A DNA stretch of 64,000 bases, from NCBI GenBank assembly GCA_022710775.1, contig JAKLGH010000004.1, positions 9,277-73,276 on the forward strand, given 5' to 3'. Positions 44,488 through 53,840 of the stretch are shown here, piece after piece. The position numbers and the translations under genes are program-made. Position 1 is the first letter of the stretch, and every line of letters begins with the position of its first letter. The DNA is from Patescibacteria group bacterium (GTDB lineage Bacteria > Patescibacteriota > Minisyncoccia > Minisyncoccales > UBA5738). The notes under the pieces were generated by a model. That model was not told the origin of the DNA. It ran no database searches and saw only the letters and a list, made by a program, of their open reading frames with translations.

Positions 44488-45642
44488 TTACCGGTTTAAT
44501 TGCGCAGACCATATTCCGCTGTATTCCACCGGCATGAACCGGCGGTAAAACTCCTTTAGATTTTCAACAGGATCGACATCCGCGAATTCCTCGGGATAGA
44601 ACCACTTAGCCATCTGCTGGAGGGCGAAAAAATTAAAAAAATGGCCAACGCAACCGCTGTGGATCGCGTAAAACCGGCCGTTCTTTACCGCTTTGAGGTC
44701 TTGCCAGCCGGGGCGGCTGGTGTAGCTTTGCAATAATTTTTGCGTTTCTTCTTCGGAAGCGTAAAAACCTGTTCGCATCGAGCCCTCGGTTGCCGGCCAG
44801 TTTCCGCCGGTAATAATGATGATGTCGGGGTCTTTTTTGAAAAGGAATTCCGGATCGATATAGATGCTTTCACCCAGTTTGTAATCGATGATATTTTTTC
44901 CTCCAGCCAGAAGTATTTGCGCGCCCCAATTGTGGAGTTTGTGTACGCCGTCCTCGCCGTAAGTTTGTCCGTATTTTTGCGCTCCGCTGTTTCCTGATTC
45001 GATGTAGACTACCGGTTTTTCCTTGTCGATTATAGCAAGCCTGGATGTTACAATTTCCACTTGCGCGTCTATATAATCATTAATCTCTTTGGTCCTTTCT
45101 TCTTTATTGAACAACTGGCCCAAGACCGAAATTCCTTTTTGCGGGTTTTCCAGGGCGTCGTAGGCCGCGTTGAGAAAAACCATGGGTGCGTTCGCGGCTT
45201 TCAATTTATCAACGATTTTCAACTGCCGCCTAATCATATAGCTGTCCATCAGGACCAAGTCGGGTTTGTATGAGAGTACATCTTCGGGGTTCGTCGCGTC
45301 TTTGGCAATATCGCCTAAAACCGGTTTTTCTTTGAGTGCCGGGAATTTTTCCGTAAATTTTTCATAAGCGTCAAGATCGGAATTTTTAAGATCCGGCCCC
45401 CAGGCCGCGATTTTTCCGGGCGCGTCTTCGCCCAATATCAAAGATAATTCGTAAATATCGGAACTTTTCATCAATACGGTTCTTTGGCAGGGAGTTATGA
45501 AAACGGTTTTGCGGCCTTCCAGGTCAATGATCGATTTTCCGCTATCCGCTATTTGAACCGGTTTTTCGGAAATTTGCGTAAAATATATTGCTCCGCCAAT
45601 GATCAAAAAAATAGAAACTAATGCTACGATTTTTTTGGACAT
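44488..45642 (-). CDS. ABC substrate-binding protein, cluster A (Peripla_BP_2-like), paralog 1
   Basis: N-terminal anchor. PCQRTVLMKSSDIYELSLILG, KPDLVLMD, PGWQDLKAVKNGRFYAI. Confidence 0.75.
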   Translation of the reverse strand: MSKKIVALVSIFLIIGGAIYFTQISEKPVQIADSGKSIIDLEGRKTVFITPCQRTVLMKSSDIYELSLILGEDAPGKIAAWGPDLKNSDLDAYEKFTEKFPALKEKPVLGDIAKDATNPEDVLSYKPDLVLMDSYMIRRQLKIVDKLKAANAPMVFLNAAYDALENPQKGISVLGQLFNKEERTKEINDYIDAQVEIVTSRLAIIDKEKPVVYIESGNSGAQKYGQTYGEDGVHKLHNWGAQILLAGGKNIIDYKLGESIYIDPEFLFKKDPDIIIITGGNWPATEGSMRTGFYASEEETQKLLQSYTSRPGWQDLKAVKNGRFYAIHSGCVGHFFNFFALQQMAKWFYPEEFADVDPVENLKEFYRRFMPVEYSGIWSAQLNR

Positions 45643-45652
45643 ATTATGCGTA

Positions 45653-46813
45653 TTATTTAGAGATTTCGGTGAACCAAGTTCCGCTGTATTCGATGGGCAT
45701 AAAGCGGTTATGGAATTCCTTCAAATTAGCCTCCGGGTTGATATCCGCGAATTCCTCGGGATAGAACCACTTAGCCATCTGCTGGAGGGCGGCGAAAGCG
45801 AAAATATGCATTGTCATGCCGTGATGGATCGCGTAAACCCGGCCGTTCTTTACCGCTTCGAGGTCTTGCCAGCCGGGGCGGTTGGTAAAGCTTTTCAACA
45901 GCTGTTGGGCTTCATCTCCGGACGTGTAATATCCCATTCTCATCGAGTCTTCTACTGTCGGCCAATTGGCCCCGGTGATAATGATCACATCGGGGTTTGA
46001 TTTCAGCAAGTATTCAGGATCAATGGAAAATAATTCACCAGGCAGATCTCCGACGATATTTTTTCCTCCGGCATACTGGATCATTGCTCCCCAACTGGTA
46101 TATTGTCCGTTGACGTCTACTCCCCAAGTGCTGCCATATTGCTTGGCCCCCAAATCTCCGGTTTCCATATATACAACCGGCGCGGTTTTTTCGATCTTGG
46201 CCAGGCGGGATGTCACGATATTTATCTGTCCGTCGACAAAATCGGCAATTTCTTCGGCCCGTTCTTCCTTATTGAACAGCTGGCCCAGGACTGTGATTCC
46301 TTTTTGCTGGTTGGTCAGAATGTCATTGGTTTGGTCCATGAACGCCATTGGCATACCGGCTTCCTTAAGCCGGTCGACGCTTTTGTATTGTCTACGCGTC
46401 ATGAAATTGTCCATTACGATCAGGTCGGGGTTGTAGGACAGAACGTTTTCAGGGTCAAGGGAATCGTTATAGATGCTGCCGACCAAAGGTTTATCCGCCA
46501 AAGAAGGGAATTTTTCGGAATATTTTTTATAAGCGTCGGTATCGGAAGTTTTAATATCTTCTCCCCAGGCCACGATCTTGTCGGCGGTTTGTCCGCCAAG
46601 GACTGCTGAAAGCTCATAGATATCCCGGCTGCGGGGCAGAATAACCTTTTCGCACGGCGTCTTGAAGGTTTTTGTTTCTCCGGAAAGGTCGGTTATCTGT
46701 TTGTTCTGACTTGAAATTTCCGGTGTTGGTTCCGGAGTTTTCGAAGTTGATAAATAAAATAGTCCGGCTGCCGCGGCAGCCAAAACCAAAACAAACGGTA
46801 TTTTTCTGTTCAT
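45653..46813 (-). CDS. ABC substrate-binding protein, cluster A, paralog 2
   Basis: Same architecture as paralog 1. The C-terminal part is nearly identical to it even at nucleotide level. Confidence 0.75.
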   Translation of the reverse strand: MNRKIPFVLVLAAAAAGLFYLSTSKTPEPTPEISSQNKQITDLSGETKTFKTPCEKVILPRSRDIYELSAVLGGQTADKIVAWGEDIKTSDTDAYKKYSEKFPSLADKPLVGSIYNDSLDPENVLSYNPDLIVMDNFMTRRQYKSVDRLKEAGMPMAFMDQTNDILTNQQKGITVLGQLFNKEERAEEIADFVDGQINIVTSRLAKIEKTAPVVYMETGDLGAKQYGSTWGVDVNGQYTSWGAMIQYAGGKNIVGDLPGELFSIDPEYLLKSNPDVIIITGANWPTVEDSMRMGYYTSGDEAQQLLKSFTNRPGWQDLEAVKNGRVYAIHHGMTMHIFAFAALQQMAKWFYPEEFADINPEANLKEFHNRFMPIEYSGTWFTEISK

Positions 46814-46960
46814 TGATATCTTTTAAATATTTCTTTATTGTATCTTAATTATATCAATAATTCAAAAAACATTTTTTTATCGCCGAAATTGAAACCATGG
46901 TTTCATTCGCGATTTGTTTTGAATATTGTTTGAAAATGGGTTCTTGGGTGTTTATTGTTC

Positions 46961-46997
46961 TTAGCTCAAAGATTAGGCGGCAATATCGGCAGCGGGG
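46961..46997 (+). repeat. Promoter-upstream repeat element, copy c (core CGGCAGCGGG at 46987-46996)
   Basis: ttagctcaaagattaggcggcaatatcggcagcgggg. Followed by TGTATTATAAT at 47024-47034. Confidence 0.55.
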
Positions 46998-47080
46998 CAG
47001 CCTGGCAGATATTTTTCAAATATTGTATTATAATTCAAAGAGATCAATATCTTGAATTTAATTTAATCCAATCAAAAAAA

Positions 47081-47884
47081 ATGGAAACAGAGGATAAACT
47101 TATCGTGTTCGGGATCTCATTAGTTCTTTTAATCGTTGCCGTTCTGATCCTTAATCCCTTCGTTATCGTTAACGCCGGAGAAAAGGGGGTAGTGATGAAT
47201 TGGGGGGCGGTTTCGGACAAAGTGGTGGGGGAAGGTCTTCATGTTTTGATACCGATACAGCAATCGGTTAAAAAGATCAACGTAAAAACGGTTAAATACG
47301 AAACCGAAGTGGCCGCTTATTCCAACGACGCCCAAGTGGTAACCGGCAAGCTGGCTTTAAACTATCATTTGCAGGGCGATAAGGCTAACCGTATTTACCA
47401 GGAGATCGGGGATAACGGAATGGTCCAGGACACGATTGTTAATCCGGCAATTCAGGAGGCTTTTAAATCCGCGGCGGCGCGGTTTTCAGCCGCCGACCTG
47501 CTGGGAAAAAGAACATTGATGGCCGAAGATATGAAAGCCGGACTTTCCGACAGGCTTAAGGATAATTTTATTACCGTTGACGCGTTATCGCTGGTTAATT
47601 TCTCTTTCAGCTTTGACTACGAGCACGCCGTGGAAGCCAAACTGATCGCCCAGCAGAACGCATTGAAAGCGGAGAACGATTTGCAGAAAGCGAAAGCGGA
47701 GGCGGCCGCGCAGGTTGCCAAAGCGGAAGCCGAAGCTTCTTCAATCAAAATGCAGGCCGAGGCCATTAAGGAACAAGGCGGCAAAGATTATATCCAGCTG
47801 AAGGCCATCGATAAGTGGGATGGTTCACTGCCTTCGCAAATGGTTCCCGGCGGTTCGGTTCCGTTCCTGGATCTGTCTAATTAA
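47081..47884 (+). CDS. SPFH/band-7 (prohibitin-like) membrane protein
   Basis: In-frame ATG at 47081 gives 267 aa. N-terminal TM, SPFH core, and a coiled-coil AKAEAAAQVAKAEAEA. Confidence 0.75.
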   Translation: METEDKLIVFGISLVLLIVAVLILNPFVIVNAGEKGVVMNWGAVSDKVVGEGLHVLIPIQQSVKKINVKTVKYETEVAAYSNDAQVVTGKLALNYHLQGDKANRIYQEIGDNGMVQDTIVNPAIQEAFKSAAARFSAADLLGKRTLMAEDMKAGLSDRLKDNFITVDALSLVNFSFSFDYEHAVEAKLIAQQNALKAENDLQKAKAEAAAQVAKAEAEASSIKMQAEAIKEQGGKDYIQLKAIDKWDGSLPSQMVPGGSVPFLDLSN

Positions 47885-47906
47885 CTCAACGCTTAAGATA
47901 CGAAAA

Positions 47907-47931
47907 CGGCGCTTGATAGCGCCGCTTTTTT
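47907..47931 (+). terminator. Rho-independent terminator after the SPFH gene
   Basis: cggcgc-ttgata-gcgccg followed by CTTTTTT. Confidence 0.65.
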
Positions 47932-47997
47932 GATATTAATTATCGTTTTAATTATTGCCGCCGGTCGCCGGCATCATCCGCTTTGAACCCTTTTTGG

Positions 47998-49335
47998 CTA
48001 TTTAATTTCGGCTTTGTACAAATCGGTTCCGTCCAGGACGTAGAAGTTATTTTTGCTATTTTCCCAAAAAAGGTTCTGGCTTGATCCGGTCCGGCCGTCC
48101 CCGGAGAATTTAACGAGATCGATCACATTCAGCTTGTCGCGGTCATCCATTTCGGCGATCTTTACGTTCCCGCCGCTTGAGAAGGCCAGGTAATCGGAGC
48201 TGATCCAGGCGGAATCCTGGATTTTTTCGGAGAGGCGGACAACGAACAATTTGTCGCCGGCAGCTTTTTTAGGTTCGTCGGTTTTTTCCTTAAGGTAGTA
48301 AACCCAAAGTTCGGAGTTTGAAAAATAAGCGATTTTCGTACCATCGGGAGCGATTTCCAAGTCAGACGCCAGGCCATCGAAGATCTTTTGGAATTCCTGG
48401 GATTTGCCGTCGAAAACATATAGATTCTGGCCATCGGAAAGAAAAATAAATCCGTTAATATTCCAGATCTTATGGGCCGCCTTTTCGTCAATCGGCAGAG
48501 GCTTTTCGTTGATCTTTTCGATCTGGCCGGCGACGGTGTCTTTTTTAAATAAAAAGCCGGATTTGTCTAAATAAAAAAGGGTATTGTCCGATAATTTATC
48601 GGCCACCGATCCTTCGGGTGCCAAAACAGAGTTGTCTTCCCGGATTAATTGGGGAGAAAGGCGGTCAACGCTTAAAGAATAATACCTTTGTTCATCATGA
48701 AGGCCGGCTGTGATGGTGATCTTCTTGTTATCTTGCGACCATTCCAGGCTTTCTAGTTTGGCTCCATCGGCGGAAATATCGCTTTCTTCCGCCAGCTGGC
48801 TTTTTAAACCGTTCTCGACGTTAAAAAGCTTGATTGACCAGCCGTCGGTTGCTTCGCTGTACAGGATGATCTTGGTTCCGTCGGGACTGGGCCAGAATCT
48901 GTTAACGTCCTCGGCCGCGACGGCGAAAGACGGGTTTTGAGGGAAGAGCGTCACATATTTTATTTCCGTTACTTGCTTTTCCCGGATTTCCAGCTGTTTT
49001 TTCCAAGAATGGTAACCTTCTTTTCTGATCTCGATATCGTATTTTTTGGGCATTAGGTTCTCGATCAGGCTGGAACCGAAGAAAATATCCGTTTTTTTGG
49101 ACAGACCGCCGTTAACGTAAATATCAGCTTGTTTGGGAGTCGCTTTGACGAAAAGCCCCCCGGTTTTAACGAGGATTTTGCCGTTCTGCGGCGGGATGCT
49201 TAAACGATAACCTTGGGAATAAAGGATGATCGTAGGCGCCGCCATTAAAAAAAGGCAGAAAAAGGTCAAAAACAAAATTTTCCGGCTTGAAGCGGTCATT
49301 GGATATAGCGTGATTGTTGAAACTGACAAATCCAT
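47998..49335 (-). CDS. PEGA-domain plus TolB-like beta-propeller protein, membrane anchored
   Basis: 445 aa. N-terminal TM, a PEGA-like ADIYVNG...YDIEIRKEGYHSW, then SPDGTKI/APDGTKIAY repeats. Confidence 0.6.
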   Translation of the reverse strand: MDLSVSTITLYPMTASSRKILFLTFFCLFLMAAPTIILYSQGYRLSIPPQNGKILVKTGGLFVKATPKQADIYVNGGLSKKTDIFFGSSLIENLMPKKYDIEIRKEGYHSWKKQLEIREKQVTEIKYVTLFPQNPSFAVAAEDVNRFWPSPDGTKIILYSEATDGWSIKLFNVENGLKSQLAEESDISADGAKLESLEWSQDNKKITITAGLHDEQRYYSLSVDRLSPQLIREDNSVLAPEGSVADKLSDNTLFYLDKSGFLFKKDTVAGQIEKINEKPLPIDEKAAHKIWNINGFIFLSDGQNLYVFDGKSQEFQKIFDGLASDLEIAPDGTKIAYFSNSELWVYYLKEKTDEPKKAAGDKLFVVRLSEKIQDSAWISSDYLAFSSGGNVKIAEMDDRDKLNVIDLVKFSGDGRTGSSQNLFWENSKNNFYVLDGTDLYKAEIK

Positions 49336-49371
49336 TATACCGCATTAATCCGCCGCAATCAATCCGAAAAA

Positions 49372-49399
49372 TTGACAAAATACTATTTTGTTATATGAT
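49372..49399 (+). promoter_or_regulatory. Sigma70-like promoter of the Nudix gene
   Basis: TTGACA, 16 nt, TATGAT. Confidence 0.5.
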
Positions 49400-49435
49400 T
49401 AAAGGGTTCCTTGATAATCGGAGCGGAGTGATATA

Positions 49436-49987
49436 TTGGCTGAAGTAAAAGGAGAAGAAGCCCCAAAAAAGACATCGAGCACGGCCAAGCCTGCGATGGG
49501 TTTGTTTGCCGCCATTTCTGATGGCCAAGGCCGGTTACTGGTTAAACGGAGGCAGCCTTGGGAATCTTTCCCCGGCGACTGGGATTTGCCGGGCGGCGCT
49601 TTCGATCTTGAAGAAGCGGAGCGGGCACTTGACGAAAGTGTCATTGGCAGGGCGCTGTGCCGGGAAGTTCTCGAGGAAACCGGGATCGATATAGAACCTT
49701 GGGATATCGAGAATATGCCGGCCATGTTTCCGGCTTTGCTAAAAGGCGGTAAAGATATCGGTTATCTGATAATCATCGGCCGATACGATGTAGAACCGAT
49801 ATTGGGCGAATGGCGGTATGTAAACACCAAGGAGCTTTTGGAACTCTGCGCCAATCCAAAAGGCAATCAGTTGGTGAGCGGTTTTGGGAAGCGAATGTGC
49901 CGTCTGTGCCTGAAGGCTTTAACCCTCAGTTCGGATGCCGAATCGGCCGCTTTGGCCAGAAGCAAGTTAGCCGAATGCTACGAGTAA
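49436..49987 (+). CDS. Nudix hydrolase
   Basis: Nudix box GGAFDLEE...ALCREVLEETGI. TTG start with GGAG 8 nt upstream; alternative ATG at 49496. Confidence 0.75.
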   Translation: MAEVKGEEAPKKTSSTAKPAMGLFAAISDGQGRLLVKRRQPWESFPGDWDLPGGAFDLEEAERALDESVIGRALCREVLEETGIDIEPWDIENMPAMFPALLKGGKDIGYLIIIGRYDVEPILGEWRYVNTKELLELCANPKGNQLVSGFGKRMCRLCLKALTLSSDAESAALARSKLAECYE

Positions 49988-50233
49988 GCAGCTAATAGCC
50001 GCGATTAAACGCGGTTTTTTATTACGACAGCGCCAAAGTCGATACAAACCCGGCAATAACGGTGAAATTAATCATAATGGAAGGCAAGAATAAAAAAATC
50101 AAGGAACTGTTAGCCAATCTTGACGAAACCCAAAAAAAAGATTAAGGAAAATCCAGTTCTTATAAATTGCCTAGATGCCGTAACAATACCGCGGCAAATA
50201 GCCGAAAAATGCGTTAAAAAGGAGGAATACGAA

Positions 50234-50785
50234 ATGGATGTTAGATATTGGAGAAAGACGCCGCCGGTGAGCCAGATTACGGTCTATACCATCATTGCCG
50301 GCGACGATGACCCGCAATCTCAAGGGAAAGAAAAGATTTTGTTGTTTCCCCAGAATCGGAAAAATGAACCGCTCTCGCTGGGAAACCTGAATGCGAGCAT
50401 CGAGCCGAAGGCTTTGAAAGATTCCTTGGTTTCGGCCAAACTGGGAAATTATGTCCAGCCGCTGATTGACCGGGCCGTGGTACCGTTGGTCATGCAATCG
50501 CTGGGAAAGCAACTATCGGCCAGCGCGATCGGCATCGATCCTTCGGAAACCACATTCCTGTGCGTGCCGTCCGGAGGTGCTCCGAAGCAGAGGACTTTTC
50601 ATTTAAAGATCGGCTGCGTTATTCCGATCGCGTTTTTGCCCTTTCCTCTCAACGTGTGGATGAACTCCGTGGATGAATTGCATTGGGTTAGGATCAGCAA
50701 TATCCTGGACGGTTACCGCCTTGATGGCGGCGAGGACGAAGAGTTTTTGGCGAAAACGGCGCTTCGCGCTTATTTAAGAGACTAG
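50234..50785 (+). CDS. Hypothetical protein (183 aa from the ATG with a strong RBS)
   Basis: AGGAGG lies 8 nt before ATG 50234. The track ORF (50120, TTG) is probably 5'-extended. No family recognised. Confidence 0.5.
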   Translation: MDVRYWRKTPPVSQITVYTIIAGDDDPQSQGKEKILLFPQNRKNEPLSLGNLNASIEPKALKDSLVSAKLGNYVQPLIDRAVVPLVMQSLGKQLSASAIGIDPSETTFLCVPSGGAPKQRTFHLKIGCVIPIAFLPFPLNVWMNSVDELHWVRISNILDGYRLDGGEDEEFLAKTALRAYLRD

Positions 50786-50897
50786 CTGTAACAATAGTCT
50801 CTTTTTTTTGCGCGGCTCCGGGCCGAAGTTGCAACCCCGCCTTTCGGCCTAGGCTCATTCGCTGTTTTTGTTTCCGTGGAATGGGGAGGGCGTAAAG

Positions 50898-50935
50898 GAG
50901 CAGGCTCCTAATAACGCACAATACCGGCAGCGGGA
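50898..50935 (+). repeat. Promoter-upstream repeat element, copy d (core CGGCAGCGGG at 50925-50934)
   Basis: gagcaggctcctaataacgcacaataccggcagcggga. Followed by TTGCCA...TAGTATAGA. Confidence 0.55.
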
Positions 50936-51065
50936 CGCTTTGCCATTTTTTTTTAAATAGTATAGAGTGAAATCGTGAAAGGGTTTAAGGCGCCGTGAAG
51001 GGAAAATCGTGAAGCTAGCGCCGGGTTTGGGATTTTTATCCAACATTCAAGATTACTAACATAAT

Positions 51066-52064
51066 ATGAAAATAGGCATTGATCTGGGCACAAGAAACAC
51101 AGTGGTTTTTGTACCAAAAAAAGGGGTTGTTCTGCAGGAGCCTTCGGTGGTCGCTGTTGATTTGGACGAGAACAAGATCTTAGCCGTGGGAAAGGAAGCG
51201 AATGAAATGATGGGCCGGACTCCCGATGCCATCAGGGTATACCGCCCGATGCGCGAAGGCGTGATCGCCGATTTTCGCGTAACCCAGGCAATGCTTCATT
51301 ATTTGATCAATAAAGTGGTGGGCCCGGTTAAATTCTTCAAACCCGAGCTTGTGATCAGCGTGCCGGCCGGGATAACTTCAACGGAACGCCGCGCCGTGAT
51401 CGAGGCCGGATTGAACGCCGGAGCCAAAGCGGTTTATCTTTGCAAAGAGCCTATTCTGGCCGCGGTTGGGGCGGGGATTCCCATCCATTCCTGTTCCGGG
51501 AACATGATCGTGGACATCGGCGGCGGCACGGCTGAAGTGGCGGTGATCTCGCTGGGCGGGATTGTCAACTTCCAGTCGCTTCGCGTGGCCGGAGATAAAA
51601 TGGATTCGGCCATTGCCGACTATGTTAAAAGAAAGCACAACTTGGCCGTTGGCGACCAGACTACCGAAGAGATAAAGATCAACATTGGAACGGCTTCTCC
51701 CGATAAAGAGCCTAAGATTTTAGAAATCCGGGGCCGCGACCTGATCAGCGGTTTGCCGCGAAACATAAAAATAAATTCCAACGAAGTGAGCGAATCGATT
51801 TCCGACGTGCTGTTTGAGATCGTCCAAACCATCAAAAATGTTTTGCGCGACACTCCTCCGGAGCTTTCCGCGGACATTATGGATAAGGGCATGGTTTTGT
51901 CCGGAGGAAGCAGCTTGCTGCGGAATTTGCCGGAACTGGTGACTCAATCCATCGGCGTGCCCTGTACTGTGGCCGACAACTCTCTTTTATGCGTAGCCAA
52001 AGGTACGGGAGCGGTTCTTGAGAACCTTGAGTTTTACAAGAAGAGCATCATGAACAAGAAATAG
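51066..52064 (+). CDS. mreB: Rod-shape protein MreB (paralog 1)
   Basis: IGIDLGTRNTVVF...EPSVVAV, actin-fold phosphate motifs (DIGGGTAEVAV). 332 aa. Confidence 0.88.
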   Translation: MKIGIDLGTRNTVVFVPKKGVVLQEPSVVAVDLDENKILAVGKEANEMMGRTPDAIRVYRPMREGVIADFRVTQAMLHYLINKVVGPVKFFKPELVISVPAGITSTERRAVIEAGLNAGAKAVYLCKEPILAAVGAGIPIHSCSGNMIVDIGGGTAEVAVISLGGIVNFQSLRVAGDKMDSAIADYVKRKHNLAVGDQTTEEIKINIGTASPDKEPKILEIRGRDLISGLPRNIKINSNEVSESISDVLFEIVQTIKNVLRDTPPELSADIMDKGMVLSGGSSLLRNLPELVTQSIGVPCTVADNSLLCVAKGTGAVLENLEFYKKSIMNKK

Positions 52065-52100
52065 AAACGCCGGTTTTTCGCCGCGCGATACGACGTTTAA

Positions 52101-53039
52101 ATGATCGGCCACCAAAAACAACTCAATTTGCTGAATAACGCGGTCTTGGCTAAAAAACTGTCCCATGCTTATTTGTTCTGCGGTCCCAATAGAGTTGGAA
52201 AAAAAATCGCAGCTATGGAATGGATTTCCCGCCTTTTCAAATCGGAGATCCGTGAAGGACAGGCCCATCCGGATTTTGTTTTCGTTAAAGCGGATGAAAA
52301 AACAAACAATATCAAAATAGAGCAGATTCGGGATCTGATCTGGAAGCTGTCTCTTAAGCCGGCAGCAGCGCCTTTGAAGGCGGCTGTGATCGACGGTTCG
52401 CATTTGATGACCGCCGACAGCCAGAACTGCCTTTTAAAAACCTTAGAAGAACCGGGCGGCCGGACTCTGATAATTCTGATTGCGCAAAATCAGCGGTTGT
52501 TGCTTCCAACCATTGTTTCAAGATGCGAAACGGTCAAGTTTAATTTTGTTCCGGATAGCGAGATCAGCGATTTTTTAAAAAAAGAATACAGCTCAAAATC
52601 CGGTATTGCGGATATTGATGAAATAACCAGGCTGTCTTTTGGCCGTCCGGGACGGGCCGTAGGATTCATTTCGGACCCGGCTGAGTTCGACAACTGGAAA
52701 AACGAGATTCAACACTTGGCATGCGCGGTATCCGGCGGCATGGGGGAGCGTTTCAAGTATGTCAAAAACATATCCGAGCAGAAGAATATCGAAGAGATCC
52801 TCGAGATCTGGTCGTTTTATTTCCGAAGCTTGATGCTGCAGGAGCTGAAGCCGAATAAAGCCCTTAAACCTGCGGCGGAAGCGCCGAAAACGTTTCAGTT
52901 TTCGAGGCCGGCGGCAAGCCAAAGCCGTTTGGCCAAGATCGTCGGGACTTTAAAAAAGATCCAGGAATTGGATTATATCCTGTCGGCGACCAACGTTAAC
53001 GAAAAGCTGGCGTTGGAAAGCCTGATGCTTGAGATTTGA
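52101..53039 (+). CDS. holB: DNA polymerase III delta' subunit
   Basis: HAYLFCGPNRVGK and LLKTLEEPG motifs. 312 aa. Confidence 0.75.
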   Translation: MIGHQKQLNLLNNAVLAKKLSHAYLFCGPNRVGKKIAAMEWISRLFKSEIREGQAHPDFVFVKADEKTNNIKIEQIRDLIWKLSLKPAAAPLKAAVIDGSHLMTADSQNCLLKTLEEPGGRTLIILIAQNQRLLLPTIVSRCETVKFNFVPDSEISDFLKKEYSSKSGIADIDEITRLSFGRPGRAVGFISDPAEFDNWKNEIQHLACAVSGGMGERFKYVKNISEQKNIEEILEIWSFYFRSLMLQELKPNKALKPAAEAPKTFQFSRPAASQSRLAKIVGTLKKIQELDYILSATNVNEKLALESLMLEI

Positions 53040-53054
53040 TGTTTCTTCCGGCGC

Positions 53055-53699
53055 TTAAGGAAGTATCAGCGATAGCAAGATGATAGGAATAACGAAGAAG
53101 TAAACGAATTGGGCCAAGATCAGCAACAGAGCGCTGACGACAAGGAATTTATTCCACCCTTTTTTTCTGATAACACCATAGAAGATTAGCGAAAGGAATA
53201 CAGCCAAAGCAGTTTCAAGGATCAGCATGGAGAAATTGGCAGGCAGGTCCAAAAAAGAGTCAAAACTGCTGCCATTATATAAAATATCGATACAGCCGGA
53301 TGAAGGCTTGGCATTGTACAAATCCGTTTCGATCTGATTGCTGACGATGCTTCCCCCTAAAGCAAAGGCCAGGAGAATCGCAGATGTCGCCAAGGGAGCG
53401 GTTAAAAAAGCCCATTTCCTGTCTTTAAATAATTTTGTTTCCACTAGCCAGAAAAAAGCCAATATGGCCGCCGAGGCTGCCGCGCAAAAAGCGATACTGC
53501 CGGCCGGGTAGTCGCCCAGGGACCAAAGAACAAAAATCAATCCGCGGAAATATAGATTTTCAACATTGCCGATGAAACCATTGGTTTGCTCTTGGAGAGA
53601 AAATAAATTGTAATATTGGAGCCAATAAACCGCAGTTCCCAGCATTATGACGGCTAAGGTAAGTACCGCGTAAATGGCGTATTTTATTGATTTTTCCAT
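53055..53699 (-). CDS. Hypothetical polytopic membrane protein (214 aa)
   Basis: About 6 hydrophobic segments. No family recognised. Confidence 0.5.
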   Translation of the reverse strand: MEKSIKYAIYAVLTLAVIMLGTAVYWLQYYNLFSLQEQTNGFIGNVENLYFRGLIFVLWSLGDYPAGSIAFCAAASAAILAFFWLVETKLFKDRKWAFLTAPLATSAILLAFALGGSIVSNQIETDLYNAKPSSGCIDILYNGSSFDSFLDLPANFSMLILETALAVFLSLIFYGVIRKKGWNKFLVVSALLLILAQFVYFFVIPIILLSLILP

Positions 53700-53840
53700 A
53701 ATTATTAAATATATTATAATAACTTTCCGTTAATAAGGCTATCTGTTTTCCGGCGGGATAACTCGACAAGCCGGGGTAATTTTGTTAGATAATTAGTGTG
53801 AGGCTTCCGTAAAAGCGAGGTTTGAGAAAGCTAAAAAACC

